From Bacillota bacterium (GTDB taxonomy: Bacteria > Bacillota > UBA4882 > JBLNCG01), in NCBI GenBank assembly GCA_050260475.1, contig JBLNCG010000028.1:64283-128282 (forward strand): 64,000 nucleotides of DNA, given 5' to 3'. The position numbers were made by a program, and so were the translations under genes. Below are positions 1-8,462 of the stretch, piece after piece. Numbering within the stretch: the stretch's first letter is position 1; each line of letters begins with the position of its first letter. The notes below the pieces were generated by a model that worked only from the letters and a program-made list of their open reading frames with translations, searched no databases and was not told the DNA's origin.

Positions 1-2356
1 TCTTGCGGCGGAATATGTAAAAAAACAGATCGATGAGAAAAATATTCGTAAGCAAAAATGCCGGGATGAATATGATCGGATCGAGCGCCTTCTTACGGAA
101 ATCGAAAATTCTCTGATTTCATTAAATCAGAACAGGGAAAAACTGCATAGAGAGAAATCCTCGCTGCGGATTCAACTGGCGGAAAATGAAAGTGCACTGG
201 CCAAAACCAGGGATGCCTTGATGAATGCGAAGCAAAAAAAGGCTGCATACGGAGCCAGACTGGATGCCATGGAGCGGATGGAGCACGAGTATGATGGATA
301 TGCCATGGGAGTAAAGCATGTCATGGGCGCTGAAACGCAGCCATTTCGCAGAGGTGTAGTGGGAACCGTTGCGCAGCTTTTTTCGGCGCAGCATGGATAT
401 GAAGTGGCTCTTGATACGGTTTTAGGGCATGCGCTTCAGGACGTGGTGGTGGAAAACGATCAAATCGCGCAACAAGCGATATCGTACCTGAAACAGTCCC
501 AGAGCGGCCGTGTCACCTTTTTACCTTTAAATCTTATGGAAACGCGCAGGCCTCCGGAAGCTCTTTCCGCCGATCTGCTGTCCAAGCATGAGCTGGTGGC
601 AGCAGAAACCGTATTTACTGGGGAGGCCCGGCTGCAAAAGATTGTCCGATATCTGCTGGGTAATGTTTTGATCGCGCCCGATTTAAAGATCGCAATGGCG
701 GCTTTTCACGCGACAAAGCGACAGTTTCGCCTTGTAACTTTGGAAGGGGATCTGCTTTTACCCGGAGGAGCCATTTCCGGAGGGGGACGGGCTTTGCGCC
801 AGGCAGGCCTTTTGGAAAGAAAAGCCGAGTTTAAGCGGATCCGTACGGATGCTGATATCCTGGAACGGGAAATAGCGGATCTGATAATCACTGTTTCCTC
901 CCTGGAGAATTGCATCGCTGATTTGGCCGGCCGTTTAAATGAAATAACCGTCCGGCTTCAGGAACAGGAAATTAAAGCCGCTGGATTAACCGGTGAAAGT
1001 GAAAGATGGCAAAATGACTTGGCGCGCTGGGGGAAGGAATTGGAGGTACTGGAATTCGAACTGTCGGATTTGGCGCGGGAGCAAAGCGGACTGGTTGAAA
1101 AAACAAAAACGGAAGAATCGGATCTGGCGGATTCTGAGAACGCCAGAGCCGCTTTGGAAGCCGGGTTGTCGGAATGCGAACAGAATTTGAAATCCGCGCG
1201 AAAAGAACATGAAGACCTTCTTCATCAGTTGGGCGATGATAAAGCCTTGCTGGCGGCGGCCTGTCAGGAGGAAATGAATTTAAAACAGTTGTGCGCGAAT
1301 CTGAAGGAGCAATTGAATGAGCTGGAGCATCAAAGTGCCAGCAATCGCGAATTAAAACAAAAACTCCTGGCGGATATGGCGGGAATGAAAAACGATCTAA
1401 ACGTATATATGGAGGCTATCGGCGCGCTGATTTTAAAACGGGATCAGGAGATTGCGGAAATAGAAAAACTCAAAGCCCTTAAAACCGCTATGCAGGATGA
1501 CTGGGCCTCGCTGGAAGGGGATGAAGAGGAATGGCGCAAAACCGTCAAAGAGAAGGAGGAAAGAAGCCTCCGCCTGGAATTAAAAGTAAGCCAGTTGGCG
1601 TTGCAGACGGAAAACCACCATCGTTACCTGGCCGAGAATTACGGGGAGGATTGGCGCGCCAAATTTTGCGACGGGAATGGGGAATCCGTTGCCAATGCAA
1701 AAAGTAGAATAAGTGAATTGAAAGCGGAAATGAAGGCCATGGGCAATGTCAATACGGGCGCCATCGACGAATACCAGCGCTTAAAAGAGCGATACATTTT
1801 TTTGCAAAGACAACAGGAGGATTTACTCCAGGCCAAAGAATCATTGCTGGAGGTAATAAGTGAAATCGAAGGGACAACCACGGAAAGGTTTCTGGAGACA
1901 TTCGTAAAAGTGCGTGAAGAGTTTCAGTATATTTTCTCTCATCTTTTTGATGGCGGAAAGGCGGATTTGCTGTTGAGCGAGCCGGAGCGGCCCTTGGAAT
2001 CCGGCATAGAGATTTTTGCACAGCCTCCGGGAAAAAGGCTGCAGAACCTGTTGTCCCTTTCCGGCGGGGAAAGAGCCATGACCGCTATTTCCCTTCTTTT
2101 TGCCATTTTGAAGGTCAAGCCCACGCCATTTTGCGTGCTTGATGAAATCGACGCGACCCTCGACGAGGTTAATGTGCAGCGCTTTGCCGACCTACTTGTG
2201 GAATTTTCCGAAAAGATCCAGTTTGTAGTAATCACCCACCGCCGCGGCACCATGGAAATGTCAAACGCTTTGTATGGGGCAAGTATGGAAGAACGCGGCG
2301 TATCCAAACTGATCTCCATAAAATTGGCTGAAAATGAAAAGACGAAGGCAAGTTGA
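1..2356 (+). CDS. smc: chromosome segregation protein SMC, C-terminal ~785 aa (5' end outside window)
   Basis: Frame of the 218..2356 ORF is open back to position 2. Long coiled-coil heptad sequence. C-terminal ABC signature LSGGE and Walker B/D-loop (VLDEIDATLD). Followed by ftsY as in conserved synteny. Confidence 0.9.
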   Translation, partial: LAAEYVKKQIDEKNIRKQKCRDEYDRIERLLTEIENSLISLNQNREKLHREKSSLRIQLAENESALAKTRDALMNAKQKKAAYGARLDAMERMEHEYDGYAMGVKHVMGAETQPFRRGVVGTVAQLFSAQHGYEVALDTVLGHALQDVVVENDQIAQQAISYLKQSQSGRVTFLPLNLMETRRPPEALSADLLSKHELVAAETVFTGEARLQKIVRYLLGNVLIAPDLKIAMAAFHATKRQFRLVTLEGDLLLPGGAISGGGRALRQAGLLERKAEFKRIRTDADILEREIADLIITVSSLENCIADLAGRLNEITVRLQEQEIKAAGLTGESERWQNDLARWGKELEVLEFELSDLAREQSGLVEKTKTEESDLADSENARAALEAGLSECEQNLKSARKEHEDLLHQLGDDKALLAAACQEEMNLKQLCANLKEQLNELEHQSASNRELKQKLLADMAGMKNDLNVYMEAIGALILKRDQEIAEIEKLKALKTAMQDDWASLEGDEEEWRKTVKEKEERSLRLELKVSQLALQTENHHRYLAENYGEDWRAKFCDGNGESVANAKSRISELKAEMKAMGNVNTGAIDEYQRLKERYIFLQRQQEDLLQAKESLLEVISEIEGTTTERFLETFVKVREEFQYIFSHLFDGGKADLLLSEPERPLESGIEIFAQPPGKRLQNLLSLSGGERAMTAISLLFAILKVKPTPFCVLDEIDATLDEVNVQRFADLLVEFSEKIQFVVITHRRGTMEMSNALYGASMEERGVSKLISIKLAENEKTKAS

Positions 2357-3285
2357 TGTTTATGCCGGCAAACCTTTATAATAGTTTAAAAAAAGGCCTG
2401 GCCCGAACGGGACAGCATTTTTCCACCCAACTTTCCAGGATTTTCAGGGGGAAATCCCCGGTCAGCCGGGAAACATGGGATGAATTGGAAGCTGCGTTGA
2501 TCATGGCTGATCTGGGGGTTGATTATACCGGCTTATTGATTCAGCGGCTGAAAGCGCGCCTCAGGGAGGGGGATATCGTAGGCGCCGGGGATGTACGCGA
2601 GGCATTGTCCGGAATAATACTGGAGGATTGGCCTGATGTTGCACGGCCGTGGCCTCCGGACATCAAAACAATCATTTTTATACTAGGAGTCAATGGGGTT
2701 GGCAAAACCACCACCATCGGGAAACTTGCAGGCCAGCTTGTTTCTGCGGGAAAAAAAGTTTTAATAGCGGCGGGGGATACTTTTCGAGCTGCCGCCATCG
2801 ATCAGCTTGCCATCTGGGCTGAAAAGGCGGGCGCCGGTCTGGTTGCCCACCGTGAAGGCGCCGATCCCGGCGCGGTGGTGTACGATGCAGTTCATGCAGC
2901 CGATGCGCGCCGGGCGGACGTGCTTCTGGTGGATACCGCCGGACGTTTGCACAATAAGGTAAACTTGATGGAAGAATTGAAAAAAATGCACCGCATCGCC
3001 GTTAAGGAGGCCGGGGAATACCTGATCCAAAACTGGCTTGTGCTTGACGCCACCACCGGGCAGAACGCCCTGGCGCAGGCCGGGGCATTTCAGGCTGCGG
3101 TACGGCTCGATGGATTCGTTATGACTAAGCTGGATGGGACAGCCAAAGGGGGGATCGCCTTGGCAGTTTTGCATACTCTGAAAATTCCACTGCTTTTCGC
3201 AGGGATCGGCGAGGGGATGGAGGATCTGAAACCGGTTGAACCGGAGAACTTTATACGCGCCATCGCAGGAGAAGGGGGGCAATAA
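2353..3285 (+). CDS. ftsY: signal recognition particle receptor FtsY (short Firmicute form)
   Basis: SRP54-type GTPase motifs GVNGVGKTTT, DTAGR, TKLDG. ATG overlaps the smc stop (ATGA). Confidence 0.9.
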   Translation: MMFMPANLYNSLKKGLARTGQHFSTQLSRIFRGKSPVSRETWDELEAALIMADLGVDYTGLLIQRLKARLREGDIVGAGDVREALSGIILEDWPDVARPWPPDIKTIIFILGVNGVGKTTTIGKLAGQLVSAGKKVLIAAGDTFRAAAIDQLAIWAEKAGAGLVAHREGADPGAVVYDAVHAADARRADVLLVDTAGRLHNKVNLMEELKKMHRIAVKEAGEYLIQNWLVLDATTGQNALAQAGAFQAAVRLDGFVMTKLDGTAKGGIALAVLHTLKIPLLFAGIGEGMEDLKPVEPENFIRAIAGEGGQ

Positions 3286-3286
3286 A

Positions 3287-3898
3287 TTGCCGCAGATTAA
3301 AAAATCCAGGATACGGGAATGGCTTGAATTTTTTTCTCAAGTTTTCATCATCGCCCTGTTTGTTTTGATTTTCATCACGCAGCAATATATGGTCAAGGGG
3401 AGTTCCATGGAGTCCACCTTGCATCATGGCGATCGGCTGTTTGTGGACAAGCTGACCTATTATTTTTCCGCTCCGCAGCGCGGGGATATAGTTATCGTAA
3501 AGGATCAGCTTTCCGTACAGATCATTAAGCGCGTAATCGGGCTGCCCGGGGATTCCATTTATGCTAAAGACGGGCATCTGTTTGTCGATAATAATGAATA
3601 TATCGAACCTTATATAAATACGCCGTTCGATGATTTTGAATCGGTAAGAGTGGATCCTGACACGTATTTCGTACTCGGGGATAATCGGCCGTGCAGCAGC
3701 GACAGCCGCTTTATCGGGGCCGTCTCCCGAAAAAAAATCATCGGCAAGGCCTTTATCCGCATCTTTCCCTTTAATAAAATAGGATTGATCAAGCGGCCCC
3801 AATATAAGCCCCTTCCGAGGAAGGAGAATTCATACGGAGGTTATGGTTACAAAGACTATGGTTATCCCCCGGCGCATGATCCTTATTTCAAGCCTTAA
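3287..3898 (+). CDS. lepB: signal peptidase I (LepB/SipS family)
   Basis: Probable TTG start at 3287, 6 nt after AGGAGAAGGGGGG. N-terminal TM segment, catalytic SM(E/Q)PT and KR boxes, GDNR motif. Unusual Tyr/Gly-rich C-terminal tail. Confidence 0.8.
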   Translation: MPQIKKSRIREWLEFFSQVFIIALFVLIFITQQYMVKGSSMESTLHHGDRLFVDKLTYYFSAPQRGDIVIVKDQLSVQIIKRVIGLPGDSIYAKDGHLFVDNNEYIEPYINTPFDDFESVRVDPDTYFVLGDNRPCSSDSRFIGAVSRKKIIGKAFIRIFPFNKIGLIKRPQYKPLPRKENSYGGYGYKDYGYPPAHDPYFKP

Positions 3899-4019
3899 TA
3901 AACAGAACCGTGAATCCCGTTTGGGAATAAAAGCTGTATGTTGATTCACGTCAGCTTATTTTTATTACTTCGTTCGCTGACGTGAACGACTACTTGAAAA
4001 TTGCATAAAAGAACCGGGG

Positions 4020-4255
4020 CGCTTATTCTTGGAAGCTTAATAGGGAAACAGGTGCGATTCCTGTGCGGTCCCGCCACTGTAAGGGGGAGCCTCCTGGTAA
4101 ATGCCACTTTCCGTCACTATTGGCGCAGTATTCCAAGTGCCGGGGGGGAAGGCGCCAGGTGGACGAAGAACCCGAGTCAGGAGACCTGCCCCGGTTTCGC
4201 TGCGGCAAATGGGCCGCTGCACATCTCACAACCTACGGACGATAGGAGGGTGAAA
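4020..4255 (+). promoter_or_regulatory. cobalamin (AdoCbl) riboswitch aptamer
   Basis: Conserved core AATAGGGAA...GGTGCGATTCC...GCGGTCCCGCCACTGTAAGGGGGAG with the B12 box GCCACTG. Located in the leader of a TonB-dependent BtuB-like receptor gene. Confidence 0.85.
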
Positions 4256-4276
4256 AATGAGCATTTATTTTGCCTT

Positions 4277-4312
4277 TGATCCGGATCCGGGTTAAAGGCA
4301 TTTTTTATTAAA
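4277..4312 (+). terminator. riboswitch expression-platform intrinsic terminator
   Basis: GCCTTTGATCCGGATCCGGGTTAAAGGC stem (contains the palindrome CCGGATCCGG) followed by CATTTTTTATT. Confidence 0.6.
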
Positions 4313-4428
4313 GGCAATTGCGTTTTACCTTGATTCAAGGTCTTGCCATTAAATATAGTGTATGGCTACCATTAGGCTATCGATATTTCGCGGCAAGGCG
4401 TAAAATTATCACAACAACGCAAATTGCT
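4313..4428 (+). repeat. intergenic repeat family A, copy 1 (TIR-bounded, ~116 bp)
   Basis: AAGGCAATTGCGTT..TACC...GTCTTGCC...ATTAGGCTATCGATATTT...GGCAAGG...CAACAACGCAAATTGCT. Ends are inverted repeats of each other (GCAATTGCGTTGTTA / TAACAACGCAATTGC). An inner 7-bp inverted repeat GTCTTGC/GCAAGAC is also present. Four more copies occur in the window. Confidence 0.8.
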
Positions 4429-4482
4429 TATTCACACTACAAAATCATTCTTTTTAAAAATGACTGAATGGAGGCAAGGTAT

Positions 4483-6288
4483 ATGAATTTTAAAAAAGTC
4501 ATCATCGGCATATTGATTTTGGTATTATTTTCAATGGGAATAATCATGGCGTGGGCGGAGGAAGGGCACGATGATGCCGGAGAGGCTGATGAAGAAATAG
4601 TGGTAACCGCCACCCGAACCGCCGAATCTTCCGAGGAGTCTCCGGGAATGACTGAAACAGTTTCCGGCGAGGAGGTTGAAAGTAAAAAGGATGTGCCGGA
4701 AGCCCTGCGGGATGAAGGAGTCACTGTGTCCTTTTACGGAGGGGACAGTTCTGCCGCTGCACTGCAGCTAGACGGATGCTCTGCGGAGCAGACCGTGATC
4801 TTGCTCAATGGAGTTCCGTTGAGCGGCGGATGCAGCGGGATCTATGATTTGAGTTTTTTCCCTTCCGATGGCGTGGAGAGAATTGAAATCGCACACGGCC
4901 CTTTGTCTTCGTTGCACGGAGCCAACGCTTTAGGCGGCGCCCTTAATATCTTTACGGACTTGACCGGCGAGGCCTGCGTTAAAATAATGAAACGCTATGG
5001 CGATTTTTCCTCGGTGCAGACCGGTTTTCTTTTGCAAGACAACGAATTTGGAATCGCGATGGGACAGTCATCGACCCAAGGTTACCGCAATGATCCGGCT
5101 ACGGATACATATTTGTGCGGACAAATCGATCTTTGGACGAAAGATGAAAACAGTTGCAGCTTTTATCTTTATTTGCTGGGGAAAAATGCCGGGATACCGG
5201 GTTCCACATTTTATCCGTCAAATGGCCGGGAGCATGACAGCAGTTTTCTGGGAAGCATCCTGGGCAGAAAAAAAACCGGCGGGATAAAGTGGGAATACAG
5301 CCTTTATCGGCAGCAGTCGCAGTTGAATTACCAGGACAGCGCCTCTGTCGGCAACCATTTCGCTCTGCGGGAGGGTGCGGACCTGGCATGCTTCTACGAA
5401 GGGAAAAAACACACTTTCCTTACGGGTCTGCATTGCAACAGGGATTATTACGAAAGCAACGTCTCCGGTATTCATTCCATGGACAATACGGGCATCTTCT
5501 CCCAGGACATCTGGAAGATAAACAGCAGAACCACGGCCATTTGCGGTGTCCGGTGGGATCATAACGATGTATATGGATCCGCCTGGTCGCCCAGGATCAA
5601 TTTGATACATGGGCTGTCATCCGATTGGACGGTTAAAATCGGCTACGGCAAAGCTTTCCGGGCTCCGACCATCAACGAATTATACTGGAGTCAACCGGAA
5701 TTGGGAATGAACGGCAATCCGGAACTTAAGCCGGAAAACGGAGAAAGATGGGATGCGGTCCTTCAGTATGGCTCCGGTAAGGATTCAATAGCGATCGATG
5801 TATTCAGAACGGATCTTGCGGACGGCATCAACTGGGAGGCTACGCCGCCTGACTGGTTCTTTACGCCGGAAAACATTCAAAAAATACGCATCAACGGAGT
5901 AACTCTGCAGTGCAAACGGCAGTTTAACGATTGGTTGGGTTTTACTTTAAACAGTCAATGGCTGGATAAAAAAGCCTGGGATGCGGTTGACGCCGATTAC
6001 ACCCGTGATATGAACTATTATGGACGGCGCCGGTTTGCACTGGGATTCGATACCGCCTGGAAATCCTGGACGGTGGATGCAAACTGGCAGTTCACGGGGG
6101 ATCGATACCAGTGGGGCTCTGCAGTGCCGGATTATCACATTTACAACTTATATGCCACATATAAGGCAAGTCCAAATGTGGTTTTTCAGTTGGCAGTGCA
6201 GAACGCTCTCGATGAAATTTATGAGATGCATCAGGGTTATCCCATGCCGGGGAGGGAAATCCGACTGGGATGGATCATCAAAGCATGA
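4483..6288 (+). CDS. btuB: TonB-dependent outer-membrane receptor, BtuB-like (vitamin B12 transporter)
   Basis: Signal peptide, TonB box EIVVTATR, plug then beta-barrel length (~600 aa), aromatic-rich C-terminus. Downstream of the cobalamin riboswitch. RBS GGAGG 8 nt before ATG 4483. Confidence 0.8.
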   Translation: MNFKKVIIGILILVLFSMGIIMAWAEEGHDDAGEADEEIVVTATRTAESSEESPGMTETVSGEEVESKKDVPEALRDEGVTVSFYGGDSSAAALQLDGCSAEQTVILLNGVPLSGGCSGIYDLSFFPSDGVERIEIAHGPLSSLHGANALGGALNIFTDLTGEACVKIMKRYGDFSSVQTGFLLQDNEFGIAMGQSSTQGYRNDPATDTYLCGQIDLWTKDENSCSFYLYLLGKNAGIPGSTFYPSNGREHDSSFLGSILGRKKTGGIKWEYSLYRQQSQLNYQDSASVGNHFALREGADLACFYEGKKHTFLTGLHCNRDYYESNVSGIHSMDNTGIFSQDIWKINSRTTAICGVRWDHNDVYGSAWSPRINLIHGLSSDWTVKIGYGKAFRAPTINELYWSQPELGMNGNPELKPENGERWDAVLQYGSGKDSIAIDVFRTDLADGINWEATPPDWFFTPENIQKIRINGVTLQCKRQFNDWLGFTLNSQWLDKKAWDAVDADYTRDMNYYGRRRFALGFDTAWKSWTVDANWQFTGDRYQWGSAVPDYHIYNLYATYKASPNVVFQLAVQNALDEIYEMHQGYPMPGREIRLGWIIKA

Positions 6289-6938
6289 AAAAACACGGCA
6301 GGCCGGAGTTAAAACCCATCCACGGGTGTTTTTTGGTTTCCGCCGGACTTCATGTGCTTTTTTTACTGATCGCCGGGTTTCACGGGGATTCGGATTTGAA
6401 TGCCATCGAGTATGTGGAAATCACAGTTTCAGGCGAATGGCTGCATGATCCGCATATTTCTTTGTCCAAAACAAATTGCCCGGTCTTATCCTCCGGGCCC
6501 GATCTGAAAGCAGATCCTGAAGAAAAAACAGAGGCGGTCCCTGATGAAACATACATCCCCCTAAAAAGCCTTGAATATGTTAATCCTTCTCCACAAAGCA
6601 TGCAGCCCGGCGGAGAACAGCCCGAGGCACGCGTTTTGGGTGATGAAGGGACGGAAAACCCTGGAACGCCCGGATTCACACCCGTAAAAATTTTCCACGT
6701 CAACCCGGAATATCCCGCTGAAGCTAGGCGTAAAAACTGGGAAGGAGCGGTGTTCCTCAATCTTGAGATTACGCCTGCAGGTGATGTCGGGTCAGTCGTA
6801 CTAGTCAAATCTTCAGGGCATGCTCTTTTGGACCGCGCTGCGCAAAACGCGGCAAAGAGCTGGAAATATCTTCCAGCTCCGGATCAGCGTGTTGTCGTTC
6901 ATCTGCTTGTTAAAATAATTTTTCGACTGGAGGATTAG
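6285..6938 (+). CDS. tonB: energy transducer TonB
   Basis: N-terminal TM anchor, Pro/Glu-rich spacer, TonB C-terminal domain (VNPEYPAEARRKNWEGAV...). Start overlaps the btuB stop (translational coupling). Alternative ATG at 6270. Confidence 0.75.
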   Translation: MKKHGRPELKPIHGCFLVSAGLHVLFLLIAGFHGDSDLNAIEYVEITVSGEWLHDPHISLSKTNCPVLSSGPDLKADPEEKTEAVPDETYIPLKSLEYVNPSPQSMQPGGEQPEARVLGDEGTENPGTPGFTPVKIFHVNPEYPAEARRKNWEGAVFLNLEITPAGDVGSVVLVKSSGHALLDRAAQNAAKSWKYLPAPDQRVVVHLLVKIIFRLED

Positions 6939-6940
6939 GC

Positions 6941-7384
6941 ATGTTATGGATTGAACAGGGAGGATTCTTTATGCTCCCGCTGGTTGTGTGCTCCATAATT
7001 GGCATGGCAGTTATTTTGGAACGTTTTTTTGCTTACGGGAGGATTATGAAGATCCCTTTGATTAAATACGACAGTCCCCCGGACATCGTAAAGATGCTGC
7101 GGATGCGCATGATGACCATGTCCACGCTGATCACGATTAGTCCCATGCTCGGACTGCTTGGTACTGTGACGGGCCTGATGAAATGCTTCCGTCTCTTATC
7201 AGGAACCGCGGTAGTACGTCATCCCAAAGAAATGAGCCTGGGGATTAGCGAAGCGCTTGTTACAACTGCAGCCGGCCTGATCATTGCCGTTACGGTCACT
7301 GTGTTTTATAACTATTTTGCCTCGCGCTTGGACTCATACCTGTTCGATTACGATACAGCTTGTGAGGCGGATCGGCATGCATAA
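6941..7384 (+). CDS. exbB: MotA/TolQ/ExbB proton-channel protein (short form)
   Basis: Three TM segments with the conserved TolQ/ExbB C-terminal helix motif. Confidence 0.75.
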   Translation: MLWIEQGGFFMLPLVVCSIIGMAVILERFFAYGRIMKIPLIKYDSPPDIVKMLRMRMMTMSTLITISPMLGLLGTVTGLMKCFRLLSGTAVVRHPKEMSLGISEALVTTAAGLIIAVTVTVFYNYFASRLDSYLFDYDTACEADRHA

Positions 7385-7817
7385 ACCGATCCCCGTTAAA
7401 CCGCTTCCTTCCCCCAAGGTGGAAATCATCAATCTTATCGATGTGCTCATCAGTTTGATTGCTTTTTTCCTGTTCACGACGGTTTTCATCCAGTACCGCT
7501 ATGGATTCACCATTAAATTGCCTGAAGCGGAAGCGGGCGCCTTTAATAACGCAACAGAAGCTATTGTGGTGGATATTGATAAGAAAGGAGAGCTGGCAGT
7601 GAACGGAAAAGTGGTTGCCAGACATAAACTTGAGCAAGTTTTCAAAGGCAGGGGCAAAAACCTGCCGGTGTTTGTGCGAGCGGATAAATCATGCCCTTTT
7701 CAATGGGTGGTGGAAATACTCGGAAAAGCCAAGCGTGCTGGTTTGAAAAAAATCAACCTGGAAGCCCTGGAAAAAATTGCGGATAACCGTCATATGAATA
7801 ATCCCGTCGATAAATAA
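7377..7817 (+). CDS. exbD: biopolymer transport protein ExbD/TolR
   Basis: MHKPIPV...PKVEIINLIDVLISLIAFF single TM plus periplasmic domain. ATG overlaps the exbB stop (ATGCATAA). Confidence 0.8.
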   Translation: MHKPIPVKPLPSPKVEIINLIDVLISLIAFFLFTTVFIQYRYGFTIKLPEAEAGAFNNATEAIVVDIDKKGELAVNGKVVARHKLEQVFKGRGKNLPVFVRADKSCPFQWVVEILGKAKRAGLKKINLEALEKIADNRHMNNPVDK

Positions 7818-7847
7818 TTGTGTTAAAAAATTTGCGCCAAATAGTTG

Positions 7848-7876
7848 TTGACTTCCGTATGCCTCATGGTTATACT
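7848..7876 (+). promoter_or_regulatory. sigma-A type promoter TTGACT-17-TATACT
   Basis: Near-consensus -35 TTGACT (7848-7853), 17-nt spacer, -10 TATACT (7871-7876). Drives transcription into repeat A copy 2 and ylxM-ffh. Confidence 0.6.
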
Positions 7877-7905
7877 ATATCCTGTCAAGGGAAAATGCTT
7901 GACAA

Positions 7906-8019
7906 GGCAATTGCGTTGTTACCTTAATTCAAGTCTTGCACTTAAATATAATGTATAATTACTATTAGGCTATCGATATTTTAGCAAGACGTAAAATCAT
8001 CATAACAACGTATATTGCT
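7906..8019 (+). repeat. intergenic repeat family A, copy 2
   Basis: Same architecture as copy 1: AAGGCAATTGCGTTGTTACC...GTCTTGC...ATTAGGCTATCGATATTT...GCAAGAC...CATAACAACGTATATTGCTC. Confidence 0.8.
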
Positions 8020-8057
8020 CCTTGAAAGGATTTTTTCAACCGGGCCGGTGAAAAAAC

Positions 8058-8411
8058 TTGGAAGAAATGGTGCGCATCAATTTGATGCTTGACTTTTACG
8101 GGGATCTGCTTACCAAGAAGCAGCGGCGCATTTTGGAAAGCTATTACGCCCTCAACTTTTCCCTAGTGGAAATTGCCCAGGAGGAGAGGAGCAGCCGCCA
8201 GGCGGTGCATAATTTGCTGCACCGGGGCGTTCAGATTCTGGAGGATCTTGAGACAAAACTTTCCATGGTCCGTGATCACCTTGCCAGGAAACAGAGCCTT
8301 AAGAAGGCATGCTCGGAAATAAATAATATCCTGGCGATTTGCCCGGATAAAATCAAACCCGGACTGTTTGAGTTGATGCAGAGGCTTGAGCGGTTGGCTG
8401 AAAAGGAATAA
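8058..8411 (+). CDS. ylxM: UPF0122 DNA-binding protein YlxM (SRP operon)
   Basis: Helix-turn-helix sigma-70 region 4-like protein with the conserved YlxM N-terminus (LDFYGDLLTKKQRRILE). Immediately upstream of ffh. Confidence 0.8.
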   Translation: MEEMVRINLMLDFYGDLLTKKQRRILESYYALNFSLVEIAQEERSSRQAVHNLLHRGVQILEDLETKLSMVRDHLARKQSLKKACSEINNILAICPDKIKPGLFELMQRLERLAEKE

Positions 8412-8462
8412 TCATTTGGTCCTTCTGCTTGATGCAGGCGGGGCCGGGGAAAGGCCGGAGAA

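Noticed and set aside
2761-3282. 173-aa minus-strand ORF, and many similar antisense ORFs (e.g. 706-915, 3251-3802, 5218-5610, 30588-31241, 31537-31980, 33259-33660, 37189-37770, 58401-58901, 59176-59619)
   Set aside because: They lie entirely inside well-supported conserved genes on the opposite strand and lack RBS or family signatures. They are shadow ORFs typical of ~50% GC DNA.
3944-3986. 11-bp inverted repeat TTCACGTCAGC...GCTGACGTGAA downstream of lepB as a terminator
   Set aside because: It has a 21-nt loop and no downstream U-tract, so it is not a convincing intrinsic terminator. It could be an operator but is unreplicated in the window.
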